From positions 1-38,339 of the IMG/VR virus record IMGVR_UViG_3300035093_000002: a DNA stretch of 38,339 nucleotides; one strand, 5' to 3'. Positions 1-9,719 of this stretch are shown here, piece after piece. Under the pieces are notes generated by a model. The model was not told the origin of the DNA. It saw only the letters and a list, made by a program, of their open reading frames with translations, and did not search any database. Origin of the DNA: a virus (Duplodnaviria > Caudoviricetes). Positions within the stretch are counted from its first letter, which is position 1. Every line of letters begins with the position of its first letter. Position numbers and translations under genes: made by a program.

Positions 1-127
1 TGCACGCTGCGAGTGTGTTCCAGTCGTTGGTCCCGTCACGGATAGCCATCCGTGCCACGAGCCCGCGCGGTGTCCTGAACGTCGTTTCTCTGACGTCGTA
101 CATGTGGTGCCCTCTCTGTGCCCTCGG
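1..127. repeat. 127-nt end overlap, identical to 38213-38339 (assembly circularisation)
   Basis: tgcacgctgcgagtg...tgccctcgg occurs at both ends; it lies inside a CDS. Confidence 0.95.
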
Positions 128-136
128 TGCTGTAGG

Positions 137-171
137 TGACGGCGGACCGAGGGCACCCGAGCCCGCCGTCA
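137..171 (-). promoter_or_regulatory. Stem-loop in the leader of the FkbM methyltransferase gene
   Basis: Minus-strand TGACGGCGGGC pairs with GTCCGCCGTCA (11 bp, one G-U); no U-tract. Confidence 0.6.
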
Positions 172-181
172 TGAAGGGGGA

Positions 182-406
182 TTACTTGGGTCGTGCGCCC
201 ATCGCGACGTGGTCGGCGTTGAGAGCCGCCATGCGCTGGTCGATGTCGCCATCGGCGTCGGGCTTGACCTTGGCCGCGCTCGCCTTGGCGGCTGCCTGCT
301 TGGCTTCGCGCTCGGCGGTCTCGTCCGCGATCAACTGACCCGCGACGAGACGGTGGTCGGTCGGTGCCTTGGCCGGGGTATCGCTGACTTCTTTGGCTTT
401 CGCCAT
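182..406 (-). CDS. Small Ala/Lys-rich protein downstream of the capsid gene (74 aa)
   Basis: GGAGGG RBS before the ATG; position typical of post-capsid accessory proteins. Confidence 0.75.
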   Translation of the reverse strand: MAKAKEVSDTPAKAPTDHRLVAGQLIADETAEREAKQAAAKASAAKVKPDADGDIDQRMAALNADHVAMGARPK

Positions 407-435
407 GTGCTGCCCTCCGTACGGGGTATGAGGAA

Positions 436-461
436 GCCGGGTGCTTGTCGGCGCACCCGGC
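436..461 (-). terminator. Hairpin after the major capsid gene (weak terminator or stability element)
   Basis: GCCGGGTGC-N8-GCACCCGGC perfect 9-bp stem followed only by TTCCT. Confidence 0.5.
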
Positions 462-476
462 GAAGCCGTCTAGCCG

Positions 477-1814
477 CTAGGGCTTGATGTTCGTAACGCG
501 CTGGAACCGTCCGGTGTAGACGGTCGGTCGTGCGTCGAAGGCGATCTCTTCCTCACCACGGAACCCGGTGAGGTTCTTGTCCCAGCGGTCGCCCGCTTCG
601 GACGAGACGTCCACCCGGTAGCCCTGGCCTCGGAAGAAGGTGGCTGCCGAGAACTCACCGACCACGGCCGAATCGCTCGGCATGTTCGGGGAGTGACGGA
701 GCCGGATGCCCCACGGGCCTGCGCCCGTGACGCCCGCCGAGTTCGGGTCGAAGTTCATCCCTCCGCCCGCTGGGTCGACGTAGAAGCCGGCTGCATCGGC
801 ACCGGACGCGAGTCCGAGCCAGTAGTCGCCGGAGTTCATCAGCCCGCCGTCGGGGATCGCGCCGCGCTGCGCGACCGCTGCCGCCATCGTGGCGAACGCG
901 GTGGCCCAGTTGCCGGCGATGGTCGAGTACGACGGGGACGAGAAGGTCGAGACGTATGGTCCCGAGGTGCCGATCGCCGTCAGCAGGCCGTACGGCTCCG
1001 AAGAACCGCTGCCCTGGATGGCGTAGTAGTCCTCGCCCAGACCGAACGCTCGACCGAGCTTGGAGCGGACGAGCTGTTCGGCCGCGCCTTCGGACTGGCG
1101 AAGGAGCTGGTTGCCGACATCGAAGATGCGGGCCAGCGTGTACAGGGTCGCGGTGTAGTTGCCGACGAGGAAGTTGGAGTTCTCCTTCGTCACGCCAGCA
1201 GCCACGATGACGGCCCGCGAGTCGGCGGTGTCTTCCCACGGCATGTCGACGGCCGAGCTGCGGACGCCGTTGATGTTGGTGAAGAGGTCCGTCACCGAAC
1301 GGAACGGCTGGGCCTGCAAGTTGATCGCGGTGACGACCGGGTTGGGGACGAGGTAGCCGCCAGCGGCATCGCTGCCACCCACGGTCGCCTTGCTCTCGGC
1401 CGGGACGTCCTGCCACGTCGACCCCATGTCCTCGAGACGGGCCTTGCCTGCCTCCTGGACCGAGTAGTCGCGGGACTTGGCCTGCGCCAGTGCCGCGAAG
1501 AAGAACTCGTCGCTCTCCGTCGAAGCAGCGCGGTTGCCACCGATGCGGTCGGCCTTCGAGGGGGCTCGGAGATTGCCGATCGTGGTCTTGATGGACTCCA
1601 GGTCGGCAAGGATGGCCTTGCGCTCGGCGTCAGCCGTTCGCTCGTTCTCCGCCTTCTGGAGTTCGTTGATCTCGTCACGGATGGTGCCGAGGTTGGCCTG
1701 CACTTCGGCGAGCCCGTCGCGGTCCAGCTTGTTGTCTTCAAGCTGTGCCTTGAGCTCGCCAGCGCGACCGAGCAGAGCGGCGATGTCGTCGCTCGGCTTG
1801 TCGATATCTGACAT
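477..1814 (-). CDS. Major capsid protein, HK97 fold, with N-terminal coiled-coil delta domain
   Basis: GGYLVP motif, G-x-G-x-x-EP-x-GLL, VVGEFS, FRGEEE C-terminal pattern; follows the protease. Confidence 0.93.
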   Translation of the reverse strand: MSDIDKPSDDIAALLGRAGELKAQLEDNKLDRDGLAEVQANLGTIRDEINELQKAENERTADAERKAILADLESIKTTIGNLRAPSKADRIGGNRAASTESDEFFFAALAQAKSRDYSVQEAGKARLEDMGSTWQDVPAESKATVGGSDAAGGYLVPNPVVTAINLQAQPFRSVTDLFTNINGVRSSAVDMPWEDTADSRAVIVAAGVTKENSNFLVGNYTATLYTLARIFDVGNQLLRQSEGAAEQLVRSKLGRAFGLGEDYYAIQGSGSSEPYGLLTAIGTSGPYVSTFSSPSYSTIAGNWATAFATMAAAVAQRGAIPDGGLMNSGDYWLGLASGADAAGFYVDPAGGGMNFDPNSAGVTGAGPWGIRLRHSPNMPSDSAVVGEFSAATFFRGQGYRVDVSSEAGDRWDKNLTGFRGEEEIAFDARPTVYTGRFQRVTNIKP

Positions 1815-1852
1815 GTCCTGTCCTTTCGGGGACTAAGGACACGCCGGGTGCC

Positions 1853-2629
1853 TTACGTGTCGGGGTTGACGTACTTGCTCAGCTCATCCAGGACTTCGTC
1901 GAGCGCAAGGAGAGCCGCCCTACGCCGTTTCGGGTCGTAGTACGCCTCGTCGATGTGCTCGCGGGCCTCTAGGAGCCGCGCCTCGTTACGAGCCGCCACG
2001 ACGCGCCCTGCCTTGCCCGTTTCCGAGGAAGACGCGAGGGAGTCGAGGTAGGTCGTGAGGTCACTGAAGAAGGCAGCGGTAGGCGCATCGCCCGTCGCTG
2101 CGAGGTCGTCGATCGTTCCTTTCAGGGAACGGATGACCGAATGGGTGTTCTGTGGTGAGGTCGAGAGGGCTTGGCGCATGTACGGCCAGAGCACGATCTC
2201 GCCGGGGATGTCGCGCTGCCACGGGACGATGTCGCCCTTCACCGTGCGGATACGGGACATGCCCGGGACCGCCTCGGACGAGCCGAATATCTGCCCGCCC
2301 GCCTCTGCAAGTTGGCGCACGAGGTTCACCCGTCGCTCACCATGCTTCAGCCAGACGGTGACCCACTGGCCGTCCTCGTCCGTCTCGGGGTCGACGGCCT
2401 TGCCGAGGATGTCAGCCTTCGACGGGGCATCCGAGCGGTGGTGCCAGTCGACCAGCCGGAAGGGAAACCAGCCGGTCTTGAAGTCGGTCCGCTCACCGAA
2501 CCACTGCTTGTCCAGGTCCGCTCCTCGAGGGGCACCGGGATACGGGATGGGTCCGCCGAACGGATGGGCGAGGAGCCGGAAGGCGTCGTCGTCGAGCGGC
2601 GTCGCCTTCATCGCGGTCAGGTTCTTCAT
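1853..2629 (-). CDS. Prohead maturation protease (divergent HK97-type)
   Basis: Immediately upstream of the capsid gene; DLDKQWF, VDWHH, GSS and LSTSPQN resemble HK97-type protease segments; KAGRVVAARNEARL tail. Confidence 0.65.
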   Translation of the reverse strand: MKNLTAMKATPLDDDAFRLLAHPFGGPIPYPGAPRGADLDKQWFGERTDFKTGWFPFRLVDWHHRSDAPSKADILGKAVDPETDEDGQWVTVWLKHGERRVNLVRQLAEAGGQIFGSSEAVPGMSRIRTVKGDIVPWQRDIPGEIVLWPYMRQALSTSPQNTHSVIRSLKGTIDDLAATGDAPTAAFFSDLTTYLDSLASSSETGKAGRVVAARNEARLLEAREHIDEAYYDPKRRRAALLALDEVLDELSKYVNPDT

Positions 2630-2637
2630 GGATGCTC

Positions 2638-3429
2638 CTACGCGACCATCGCGGCGGTCCGGCTTCGTTCGTAAAGGAAGGTCCCGTCACTCACGAAGGA
2701 CACGACGAAGACCCGGTTGGCCGTGGTCCCCAGCGCCAGCGTCCCGACCGGCTTGAATCCCGTCCCAAAGGTCATCGTCTTGGCAGTGGTGTTCGACTGG
2801 ACGAGGATGACCGCCCGCTGATGGCCCGCTGCCGGGACGGTGGAGGTCAGGGTTGCTGTTGCGGTGGGTGTGACCTTGACGACATCGTTGATCGCGAGGG
2901 CGAGGGCGGTGGCTCCGGCTAGGTTGGCGTAGACGGGGACTCCCGCGGGGCCGGGGACACCCTGGATGCCCTGCGACCCTGCCGGTCCCTGTATCCCCTG
3001 GATACCCTGCGCCCCGTTGGTGCCGTTCGTTCCGGGTGGGCCTTGGATACCCGGAACCCCGTTGGCTCCAGTGTCCCCGGTGTCGCCCTTGATGCCTTGG
3101 ATACCCTGCGGTCCCGGTGGTCCCTCGATGGTCTGGACGATCTCAGGGACGATGATCTCGACCGCATCTTCCACGAGCGGAGGGGGGACGGTGCCATCGG
3201 GGTTCAGGGACGCCGAGAAGATATCCAACGGCGTCGGAGGTGGCGTCCACGATCCGACGTTGGGGAAGTCGGCCATCGCGGTATCGAGCTGACCCGACGT
3301 GCCGTCCATGACGATCAACATCGCGGTAGCGTCCTTGCCACACGATGAGGTGATGCCCTTGCTGAGAAGGTGCTGCGAGACTTCGATCAGGTCGGCATCC
3401 AGCAGGGACGGACGGCTGTAGGTCGGCAT
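2638..3429 (-). CDS. Collagen-like fibre protein
   Basis: About 20 Gly-X-Y triplets ([15 protein letters not shown]...GPAGVP) followed by a Thr-rich beta-type C-terminal domain. Confidence 0.8.
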   Translation of the reverse strand: MPTYSRPSLLDADLIEVSQHLLSKGITSSCGKDATAMLIVMDGTSGQLDTAMADFPNVGSWTPPPTPLDIFSASLNPDGTVPPPLVEDAVEIIVPEIVQTIEGPPGPQGIQGIKGDTGDTGANGVPGIQGPPGTNGTNGAQGIQGIQGPAGSQGIQGVPGPAGVPVYANLAGATALALAINDVVKVTPTATATLTSTVPAAGHQRAVILVQSNTTAKTMTFGTGFKPVGTLALGTTANRVFVVSFVSDGTFLYERSRTAAMVA

Positions 3430-3896
3430 CAGGTCACCGGCTCGGCGTTGATCTCGCGCACCGAGAAGTTACCCGTCCCGGCGTTCACCCTGTACTTCAT
3501 CGTGAACGTCGTCGACCCAGGCGTGAGGCCGGTAAAGACGGTCGACATGCTCACCCGCCAGAAGTGGGCGGCCGTGATGGTCGTCCGGAGTGCTCGTGCA
3601 TCGTCGGCGGCTGTGGTCGTGGCGCCGGAGACGGCGATACCCACGCTGCACTGGTCCGTGCCCGAGTTGAACACCGCGGCTGTGATCGTGACTCGCGCCT
3701 TGCCCGATGCCGGGACCGTGATGGTGGCCGCCGGTCCAGGTGTGGCAAGGTCGACATAGCTGGTGCTCGTCGTGGTTTCGTTGCCATCGACTCGGGCCAT
3801 CTCGACTGCTGGGGCTGGAAGGTCATCCGCCACCAGCTCGTCATAGCCCTGATGGCCCGAGCCGTCATCGAGGAACAGGACTTCGCGCTGCGCCAT
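3429..3896 (-). CDS. Thr-rich beta-sandwich structural protein (fibre or decoration tip-like)
   Basis: [10 protein letters not shown]...[17 protein letters not shown] resembles phage minor structural domains; TGATG-coupled on both sides. Confidence 0.6.
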   Translation of the reverse strand: MAQREVLFLDDGSGHQGYDELVADDLPAPAVEMARVDGNETTTSTSYVDLATPGPAATITVPASGKARVTITAAVFNSGTDQCSVGIAVSGATTTAADDARALRTTITAAHFWRVSMSTVFTGLTPGSTTFTMKYRVNAGTGNFSVREINAEPVT

Positions 3897-5125
3897 CAGG
3901 AAGCCGCCATCAATCCGGCGTCGATCAACGCTTGGGCGATGGCTTCGGGGGTCGCGGTGAGGGGGTCGACGAAGGCGGCGACGTTGCTGGCGATAGTCAA
4001 GACTTCGGACATCACTTCCACGATGGCCGCCTGCACGTCGGTTGCCTCAAGGGACCCCTCCGGCGTGAATGCGATGGCATCGGCCGGAGGAGATGGGACC
4101 GTCCACACGGCTGTCCCATCTCCTTGTGCGCCAAGGAACTCGCCCAGTTCGCCCGTCGCGCCGTTCGTCTGGATGTGGATCAATCCGGGGTCGGTGTCGG
4201 TCCCGCCATCGGCGATGACTGACGCCCCGAGTTGGGCACCGTCATCACCCGCCCCTGCGGCGAGTTCGGCCGTTCCGCCGATGCCGCCCGCCGGTCCATC
4301 GCCACCAGTGACGGACACCGTCCCGGCCTCACCGTCGATAGCACCACCGACATTGAAGCGTGCTCCCGGCGTACCGTCATCTGACGCGCCCCCGATGATG
4401 GTGGCCGTGCCGCCCTCGCCCAACCCGGCGGCGGTCGTTTCGAGACTAGCCCCGGTCGCAGACCCATCGTCTGCACCCTTGATGAGGAACCCGCCCGTGT
4501 CGAGGTCCGAGGTCAGGGGGTTGGCGACTCCGCTACCGCCCGCGTTGTCATCGACGTACTGCTTCGTCGCAGCGTCTTGCGGGTCGGTCGGGTCGACAAG
4601 GTTGGTCAGGGTGAACCCGTCCGCGTCCAGCGATTCGGTCAGCGGCCCGCCCTGCGGGATACCGCCGCCCCCCGCTTCGGCTGCCACTTCCTCGATAGCT
4701 GCCTGCACCGTCGTCGCGCCGATTGTGCCTGCTGGGGTGAATGGCACATCAGAAGCATCGAGGACCACGACGCCGGTCTGGCCGTTGACCGACGCTACCG
4801 CGCCACCGCCGCCCGACGATCCGCCGCCGAGGTTGCCGCCTGACCCTCTCGGACCACGCGGACCGGGTCGGCCGTCCTTGCCGTCTTCCCCGTCCCGGCC
4901 ATCGGCACCGCGTTCACCGGGGTCGCCCTTGTCACCCTTCGAACCTTGCTTGCCGGGGTCGCCCTTCGGACCTTGAGGTCCTTCCGGGCCTTGGTCTCCC
5001 TGCGGCCCCTGGCTGCCGTCCAGACCCGCCTTGCCGGCTAGACCCTCGGGTCCTTCCGGGCCACGGAGTAGGTCGGCGTTCTCCTCTACCGCGACGAAGG
5101 CTGCTGCGAGGGGATCAAGGGGCAC
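3896..5125 (-). CDS. Collagen-like trimeric fibre protein
   Basis: About 24 Gly-X-Y triplets; VASVNGQTGVVVL, DPQDAATKQYVD and duplicated ATxVQAAI motifs typical of phage fibres. Confidence 0.8.
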   Translation of the reverse strand: MPLDPLAAAFVAVEENADLLRGPEGPEGLAGKAGLDGSQGPQGDQGPEGPQGPKGDPGKQGSKGDKGDPGERGADGRDGEDGKDGRPGPRGPRGSGGNLGGGSSGGGGAVASVNGQTGVVVLDASDVPFTPAGTIGATTVQAAIEEVAAEAGGGGIPQGGPLTESLDADGFTLTNLVDPTDPQDAATKQYVDDNAGGSGVANPLTSDLDTGGFLIKGADDGSATGASLETTAAGLGEGGTATIIGGASDDGTPGARFNVGGAIDGEAGTVSVTGGDGPAGGIGGTAELAAGAGDDGAQLGASVIADGGTDTDPGLIHIQTNGATGELGEFLGAQGDGTAVWTVPSPPADAIAFTPEGSLEATDVQAAIVEVMSEVLTIASNVAAFVDPLTATPEAIAQALIDAGLMAAS

Positions 5126-7388
5126 CGACGTATTCCTCGTGCGTCCCGGTCACCCGTCCGGTCAGCGGGTCGCGGTCGATGACGGTCCGCGTGGTACCGG
5201 GCTGCGAGCTGCCGACGAAGACCTGAACCGGGGGCGTGGGTTCAGTAAGCCACTTGATACGGTCCACGTCGGTCTCCACAGGGGCCGCCTTGATGACCGG
5301 AGCCCAGTCGAGCGTCCCGTTCGGATGGTCGAGGATGCCGAACGCCTCGTCGACCGGCCAGACCGTACCGTTACGCTCGGCGCATTCGGGATCGTCATCA
5401 CCGTCCAGCGCCTCGACTTCGGTGACCCCGAACTCGCGGTAGCTGGACAGGGCGGCTTCGTTGTAGGCCAGCATCGCCTCGGTCCGGGAGATGAGTTCGG
5501 CCCGAGCCTCGTCGAACGCGGTAGCGACAGAGATGCTGTCAGCCACCTCAGCCGCTCCGAGCCCTTGCGAGAACCCGTCCGCGATGAGCTTGGCGATGAG
5601 GTCTCGGGTGGTGGCGTTGATGCCCAAGATGCGCTCGCCGGTCTTGACCCGGACGTACTGGGCCACGACATCCTCGAACGACGACGCCTTCTTCGGCTTG
5701 TCCAGCAAGTCCGACACCCGCCCGCTCACCGTCTCGGCGATGGCGAGGTTGTGCGGTTCGATGGCCTTGCGGAGTCGGGCGTCCTCGACCTTCTCATCCC
5801 ACCACGATCCGACGCTCATGGTCTTGGAGCCACGCGCACGGACGCGCTTGGATACCGCCTGTGCCTGGTCCGCGAGCGCCTTCTGGACGTCACGCTTGGT
5901 GGACGCGACGAAGCGGGTATCGACCGTCTTCCGAAGGCCCAGCAGCATCGGCTTGGCCTTGGTCGGCACCTCCCCCTCGGCCGGGGGAACCGCTGGGGGA
6001 GGCGCTGCAACCAAGGGAGCCGGTACTGGGTCCGGCTCGGGAAGTGGCTTGAGGTTGCCGTCCTCGCCCGGTCCTGCCCCGACGACGGTGAGCCCGATAG
6101 GGAGGTCGATGGCCGTTCCCAGCGGGTTGCCTTCGAGGTCGTAGTCGGGGAGCGGGTCGAGGCCGATGATGGCAAGGCGCTGGTTGCGGGTCAGGGGGAG
6201 TTCGCGTGCCTTGGCCGCCCGTTCGTAGGCCGGGGATTCGTCGTCGAACTCCGGTTCCTCGATGACCAGCTGGAGCGTCGGCCCGCCGTTGGCTGCGATC
6301 CGGTCGAGTACCTGGAACTGGATGACCTCACGGAACGGCGTCACCCGGTCATGGACGGCACCCTGCATCAGGACCGCTTCGTCATAGCCCTTGGTTTCGC
6401 CGGAGTTCAGCCCGCCCGCCGAGGGGTAGGGCAACTGGGATTCCGGCACGCCCCACAGGCCCAGCTTGTCCTCGCGGGACATCTTGGCGACTTCGACAAT
6501 GGCGAGCTCGTGCAGCGTGGCGGCGGTGCGGACGAAGTCGACCGGGCCTCGGACGATGTGAAGCCGCTTGGCGCTTTCGGGGTCCGAGCCGATGTTGCGC
6601 CAGTCCCTGACAGCCGCCGCCCAGTCGTCAGCTCCGACGATGGTGCCTGGCTTGGGCGAGATAAGCCCGGCCAACCGCCCGCCACCGGTCAGGACCGATT
6701 CGACGTGCCTGTCTGCGGATCGTGACAGCGCCGACGCCCTGCCCGCCGCTTCGACCAGTCCGATGCCGTAGTGGCCCCAGTCGGGCGGGTCGTAGACGAA
6801 CTGCAACACCTCGTCGAGTTCCAGCGGAACCCCGCCGTGGCCTTCGTCATCGGCGTCAAGCTTCCAGCCCAGCAACGTCCCGTTGGCGTCTTCCTGTGCG
6901 CTCATCCGGGCGGGGTTGATGTACAGCGTGACCAGCGGTGCCCCGGTCAGCAGTGTCCGTTGGTCGAGGTACCAGAACGTCGTCCCGCACAGCCCGTCGT
7001 GGCGGTGGGTCAGCTTCCACAGGTCGCGTCGGCCCATCTGCTTGCGACCGACCAACTGGGCCTGTGGCTTCTCGAGCCAGTCGCGGATGGCCTTCTGATC
7101 CGGCGGTGATTCGTCGGTGACCTCGTCGCCCTCCTCGTCCGCGAGGTGCCACGGCAACCCTGCCGCTCGGCTGGACACCTTGTTCTCGGCGGCATGGATG
7201 ACGAGGTCCGAGTGGTATAGCTCCTGGGCCTGCTTCATCAGCCTGCGATGGTTCCGGCTGGCACTCCACAGGGGGATGTCGTTCTGGTAGGCGAAGACGC
7301 CCGGTCCGGTGCCTCCGTTGCCGGTGACGACGGCCTTGGTCTCAGGGACGGGTGTCCGCCCTAGAAGGCGGTCGACGAAAGTCGGCAC
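5115..7388 (-). CDS. Portal protein fused to a MuF (head morphogenesis) domain
   Basis: HK97-like portal N-terminus (LYINPARM, YGIGLVEAA, WGVP); C-terminal RAELISRTE...DDDPECAERNG...DHPNGT MuF motifs. Confidence 0.85.
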   Translation of the reverse strand: MPTFVDRLLGRTPVPETKAVVTGNGGTGPGVFAYQNDIPLWSASRNHRRLMKQAQELYHSDLVIHAAENKVSSRAAGLPWHLADEEGDEVTDESPPDQKAIRDWLEKPQAQLVGRKQMGRRDLWKLTHRHDGLCGTTFWYLDQRTLLTGAPLVTLYINPARMSAQEDANGTLLGWKLDADDEGHGGVPLELDEVLQFVYDPPDWGHYGIGLVEAAGRASALSRSADRHVESVLTGGGRLAGLISPKPGTIVGADDWAAAVRDWRNIGSDPESAKRLHIVRGPVDFVRTAATLHELAIVEVAKMSREDKLGLWGVPESQLPYPSAGGLNSGETKGYDEAVLMQGAVHDRVTPFREVIQFQVLDRIAANGGPTLQLVIEEPEFDDESPAYERAAKARELPLTRNQRLAIIGLDPLPDYDLEGNPLGTAIDLPIGLTVVGAGPGEDGNLKPLPEPDPVPAPLVAAPPPAVPPAEGEVPTKAKPMLLGLRKTVDTRFVASTKRDVQKALADQAQAVSKRVRARGSKTMSVGSWWDEKVEDARLRKAIEPHNLAIAETVSGRVSDLLDKPKKASSFEDVVAQYVRVKTGERILGINATTRDLIAKLIADGFSQGLGAAEVADSISVATAFDEARAELISRTEAMLAYNEAALSSYREFGVTEVEALDGDDDPECAERNGTVWPVDEAFGILDHPNGTLDWAPVIKAAPVETDVDRIKWLTEPTPPVQVFVGSSQPGTTRTVIDRDPLTGRVTGTHEEYVGAP

Positions 7389-7401
7389 AGGGGGTCTCCG
7401 G

Positions 7402-8709
7402 TTAGGCTACGGTCGAGAAGTCACCGGTCGTGCCCGACCCCAGCATCAGATGTGTCAATGCCCAGACGAGGGCATCCATGCGGTCCGGGCTGTCCCCGGA
7501 TTCGGGGGTGTAGGAGCAGAGCTGATCTTCGAGGTCCGCGAAGGGCTCGGCGTGCGTCACCTTGCCCTGCTCGTACAGGGCGGCGATGGGCTCGGCCCTT
7601 ACTCGTTTCCCTCGGGAGGCGTGGACTGCGGTGTACGGTATGTTCGGGTCGACGACTCGAAGCACAGCCTCGACCATCTCCCCGCCGTTGTTGACCTCGG
7701 CCACGATCCGGTCTGCTCCGAACTCGCGGTAGGCAGCCACGGCCCGTCGAGCCCATCCGTCAGGTGAGAGCCGACAGGAGCGATCGGCGAGGATGTGGCC
7801 TCGGCCGAGTGCATCCAGACCGGCCACGATGATGCCCGTCTCGTCACTGTCCTCTCCCGATGTGACGGCAGGGTCGATGGCGACCACGACGCGGGTCAGG
7901 TCATATTCGGGTTCGCCATGACGGAGGATGCTCGGCACGAACCCGGTCTTGATGAGTTCCCGTGTCCACAGCGCTCCGGGTACGTCGTCCAGTATCTCGG
8001 CGTAGAGTTCCTGCCGACCGAGGCGGGTGCCCTCGTATCGACGGATGATCTGGTCGAAGAAGGCCGACGCTAGGTTGGCCCGGTTCTCGTACGTGGTTCC
8101 CCGGACGATGACCGTCGTCGGATCAGCGACCAACTCCCGGATGATGCGGATAGGCCTCGGCGTGGTCGTGACAACCTGACGCGGGTCACTCCCGAGACGC
8201 AAGCCGAGGAGATGCATGTCGTACGATTCGGGGTACTTCCAAGCAGCGACCTCATCCAGCCATGCGGCCTCGCATTGCGGGCCACGAAGGCGGTCCGGTT
8301 CGTCCGCACTGAACAGTGAGGCAACGGCTCCGTTCGGCCACGTCAACCGACGTTTGGATGGCTCGTAGTCGGGGCGTTCATGCCGACGAGAGATCGACAG
8401 GATGCCGGACTCCCCCTCGACCATGACATCCCGGACGTCGCCCGCTGTCGGAGCAATTAGGTGAAAACGCCCGTAGCGTCCTTCACGAACAGACTGGTTG
8501 ACCCACTCGCCACCGGTCCGCGTCTTGCCCCATCCACGACCAGCAAGGGCCAGCCATGTTCGCCAGTCACCTTCAGGTGCTAACTGGGTCGGCCTCGCTA
8601 GAGCTTCCCAGTCCTGGTCCAACTCCGACAGGGTCGCTTCCTGTTGATCCGGCGTCGTGCTCGCCACGTACTGCTCGGCCAAGTCGTTCGCGGAGAGCGC
8701 GCTTGACAT
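7402..8709 (-). CDS. terL: Terminase large subunit (start uncertain)
   Basis: Walker A AGRGWGKT, Walker B AWLDE, VTTTP, nuclease motifs VAIDPA and DRMDAL. Confidence 0.95.
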   Translation of the reverse strand: MSSALSANDLAEQYVASTTPDQQEATLSELDQDWEALARPTQLAPEGDWRTWLALAGRGWGKTRTGGEWVNQSVREGRYGRFHLIAPTAGDVRDVMVEGESGILSISRRHERPDYEPSKRRLTWPNGAVASLFSADEPDRLRGPQCEAAWLDEVAAWKYPESYDMHLLGLRLGSDPRQVVTTTPRPIRIIRELVADPTTVIVRGTTYENRANLASAFFDQIIRRYEGTRLGRQELYAEILDDVPGALWTRELIKTGFVPSILRHGEPEYDLTRVVVAIDPAVTSGEDSDETGIIVAGLDALGRGHILADRSCRLSPDGWARRAVAAYREFGADRIVAEVNNGGEMVEAVLRVVDPNIPYTAVHASRGKRVRAEPIAALYEQGKVTHAEPFADLEDQLCSYTPESGDSPDRMDALVWALTHLMLGSGTTGDFSTVA

Positions 8710-9061
8710 CTGGTGGAAGGCCATCGGTGATGCTCTCCGTCCGCTCCGTGGCCTCGCCATTGAGCAGGGCGTACTTGTCGGTCAGGGTGCGAAGGGCATC
8801 CGCCTTGTGGTTTAGGGGAGCGTCACCCTTGAGTCCAGCCGTGACCGCTTCGATGCCAACCTGGATGCCGACCCAGAACTGCTGTACGACGACCTCGCGC
8901 GCGGTAGTGCAAAGTTGTGCGTATTCAGGGAGGTTCGCCCAGTAGTGGATCGTCTCTTTGGGTATCCCAGTTTGGCGCTCCGCCTCGGTCACGCCCTCAA
9001 CTGCGGCGATGCCAACAGCCTTGGCGCGCGTCTTCTCTGAGTAGCGTCGTCGGGCGGGCAT
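8573..9061 (-). CDS. terS: Terminase small subunit (N-terminal HTH)
   Basis: RRYSEKTRAKAV...AERQTGIPKETIHYW HTH; directly upstream of terL; LNGEATERTE tail. Confidence 0.7.
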   Translation of the reverse strand: MPARRRYSEKTRAKAVGIAAVEGVTEAERQTGIPKETIHYWANLPEYAQLCTTAREVVVQQFWVGIQVGIEAVTAGLKGDAPLNHKADALRTLTDKYALLNGEATERTESITDGLPPDVKRALRERLGRAVRGEHDAGSTGSDPVGVGPGLGSSSEADPVST

Positions 9062-9148
9062 GTGACACCGTCGTTGAAACAGTGGGTGCTCGACACCGCA
9101 TCCGAGCTTCGCGGTCCGTCCGTTACCCCGTGACGGTGGGCGCTTGTG

Positions 9149-9154
9149 ACTATA
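9149..9154 (-). promoter_or_regulatory. Putative late promoter -10 element (TATAGT) upstream of terS
   Basis: Near-consensus -10 in the gap before terS; no good -35. Confidence 0.4.
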
Positions 9155-9156
9155 CG

Positions 9157-9717
9157 CTAAGCCGCTGTCGTCCTGATCGTTCGTGCCGGTGGTTCGACCT
9201 CGTACCGATGCCACAGCCGGCGCAGGGCTTCCTCGATGTAGACCTTGCGGACCGGTTCGCAGATGCCCATCGAGGCACAGGCACCGTCCCAGTCCCCGTC
9301 TCGGAGGGCTGTCCGGTACAGGGTACGGGCCATGAACGGGTAGGTGTCGGTGTCCGGACCTCGGCCTGCCAGTGTGGCGAGGGCTGCCCGGAGAGGGAAG
9401 GCGTAGTGGGTCCGAGGGTCCTTGTGGCCCTCGTACTCGGCTACTTCGGTGATGAACGGTGAGGCTTCGATGTAGCGGCGGAAGGCATCCGAGGTCCGGG
9501 GTGAGCCGAGCAGGGAGCCGCCGACCGCCTGGATGCCGTTCTTGGCTTCGTCAGGGGAGACCTGATCCCGCCACACGTCGGCCGCGTGGATACGGCTCGG
9601 CATCTCGGCCCGGAACTGCTCGAGGAACCAGCCGAGGAGGTTCTTCGGCGCCTGGGCCTTGCGCCGGACGGATGCCTCGTGGTCGACCGAGTACGGGGTC
9701 TCGCGGAACTGCCTCAT
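9157..9717 (-). CDS. Hypothetical protein (186 aa), possible late-gene transcriptional regulator
   Basis: Start MRQFRETP just after the holin stop; C-terminal ACASMGICEPVRKVYIEEALRRL is HTH-like; sits just before the terminase. Confidence 0.55.
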   Translation of the reverse strand: MRQFRETPYSVDHEASVRRKAQAPKNLLGWFLEQFRAEMPSRIHAADVWRDQVSPDEAKNGIQAVGGSLLGSPRTSDAFRRYIEASPFITEVAEYEGHKDPRTHYAFPLRAALATLAGRGPDTDTYPFMARTLYRTALRDGDWDGACASMGICEPVRKVYIEEALRRLWHRYEVEPPARTIRTTAA

Positions 9718-9719
9718 GC

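Noticed and set aside
655-6725. Long alternative ORFs (655-1416, 693-1811, 3564-4976, 5031-6725)
   Set aside because: Shadow frames of GC-rich capsid, collagen and portal genes; no motifs
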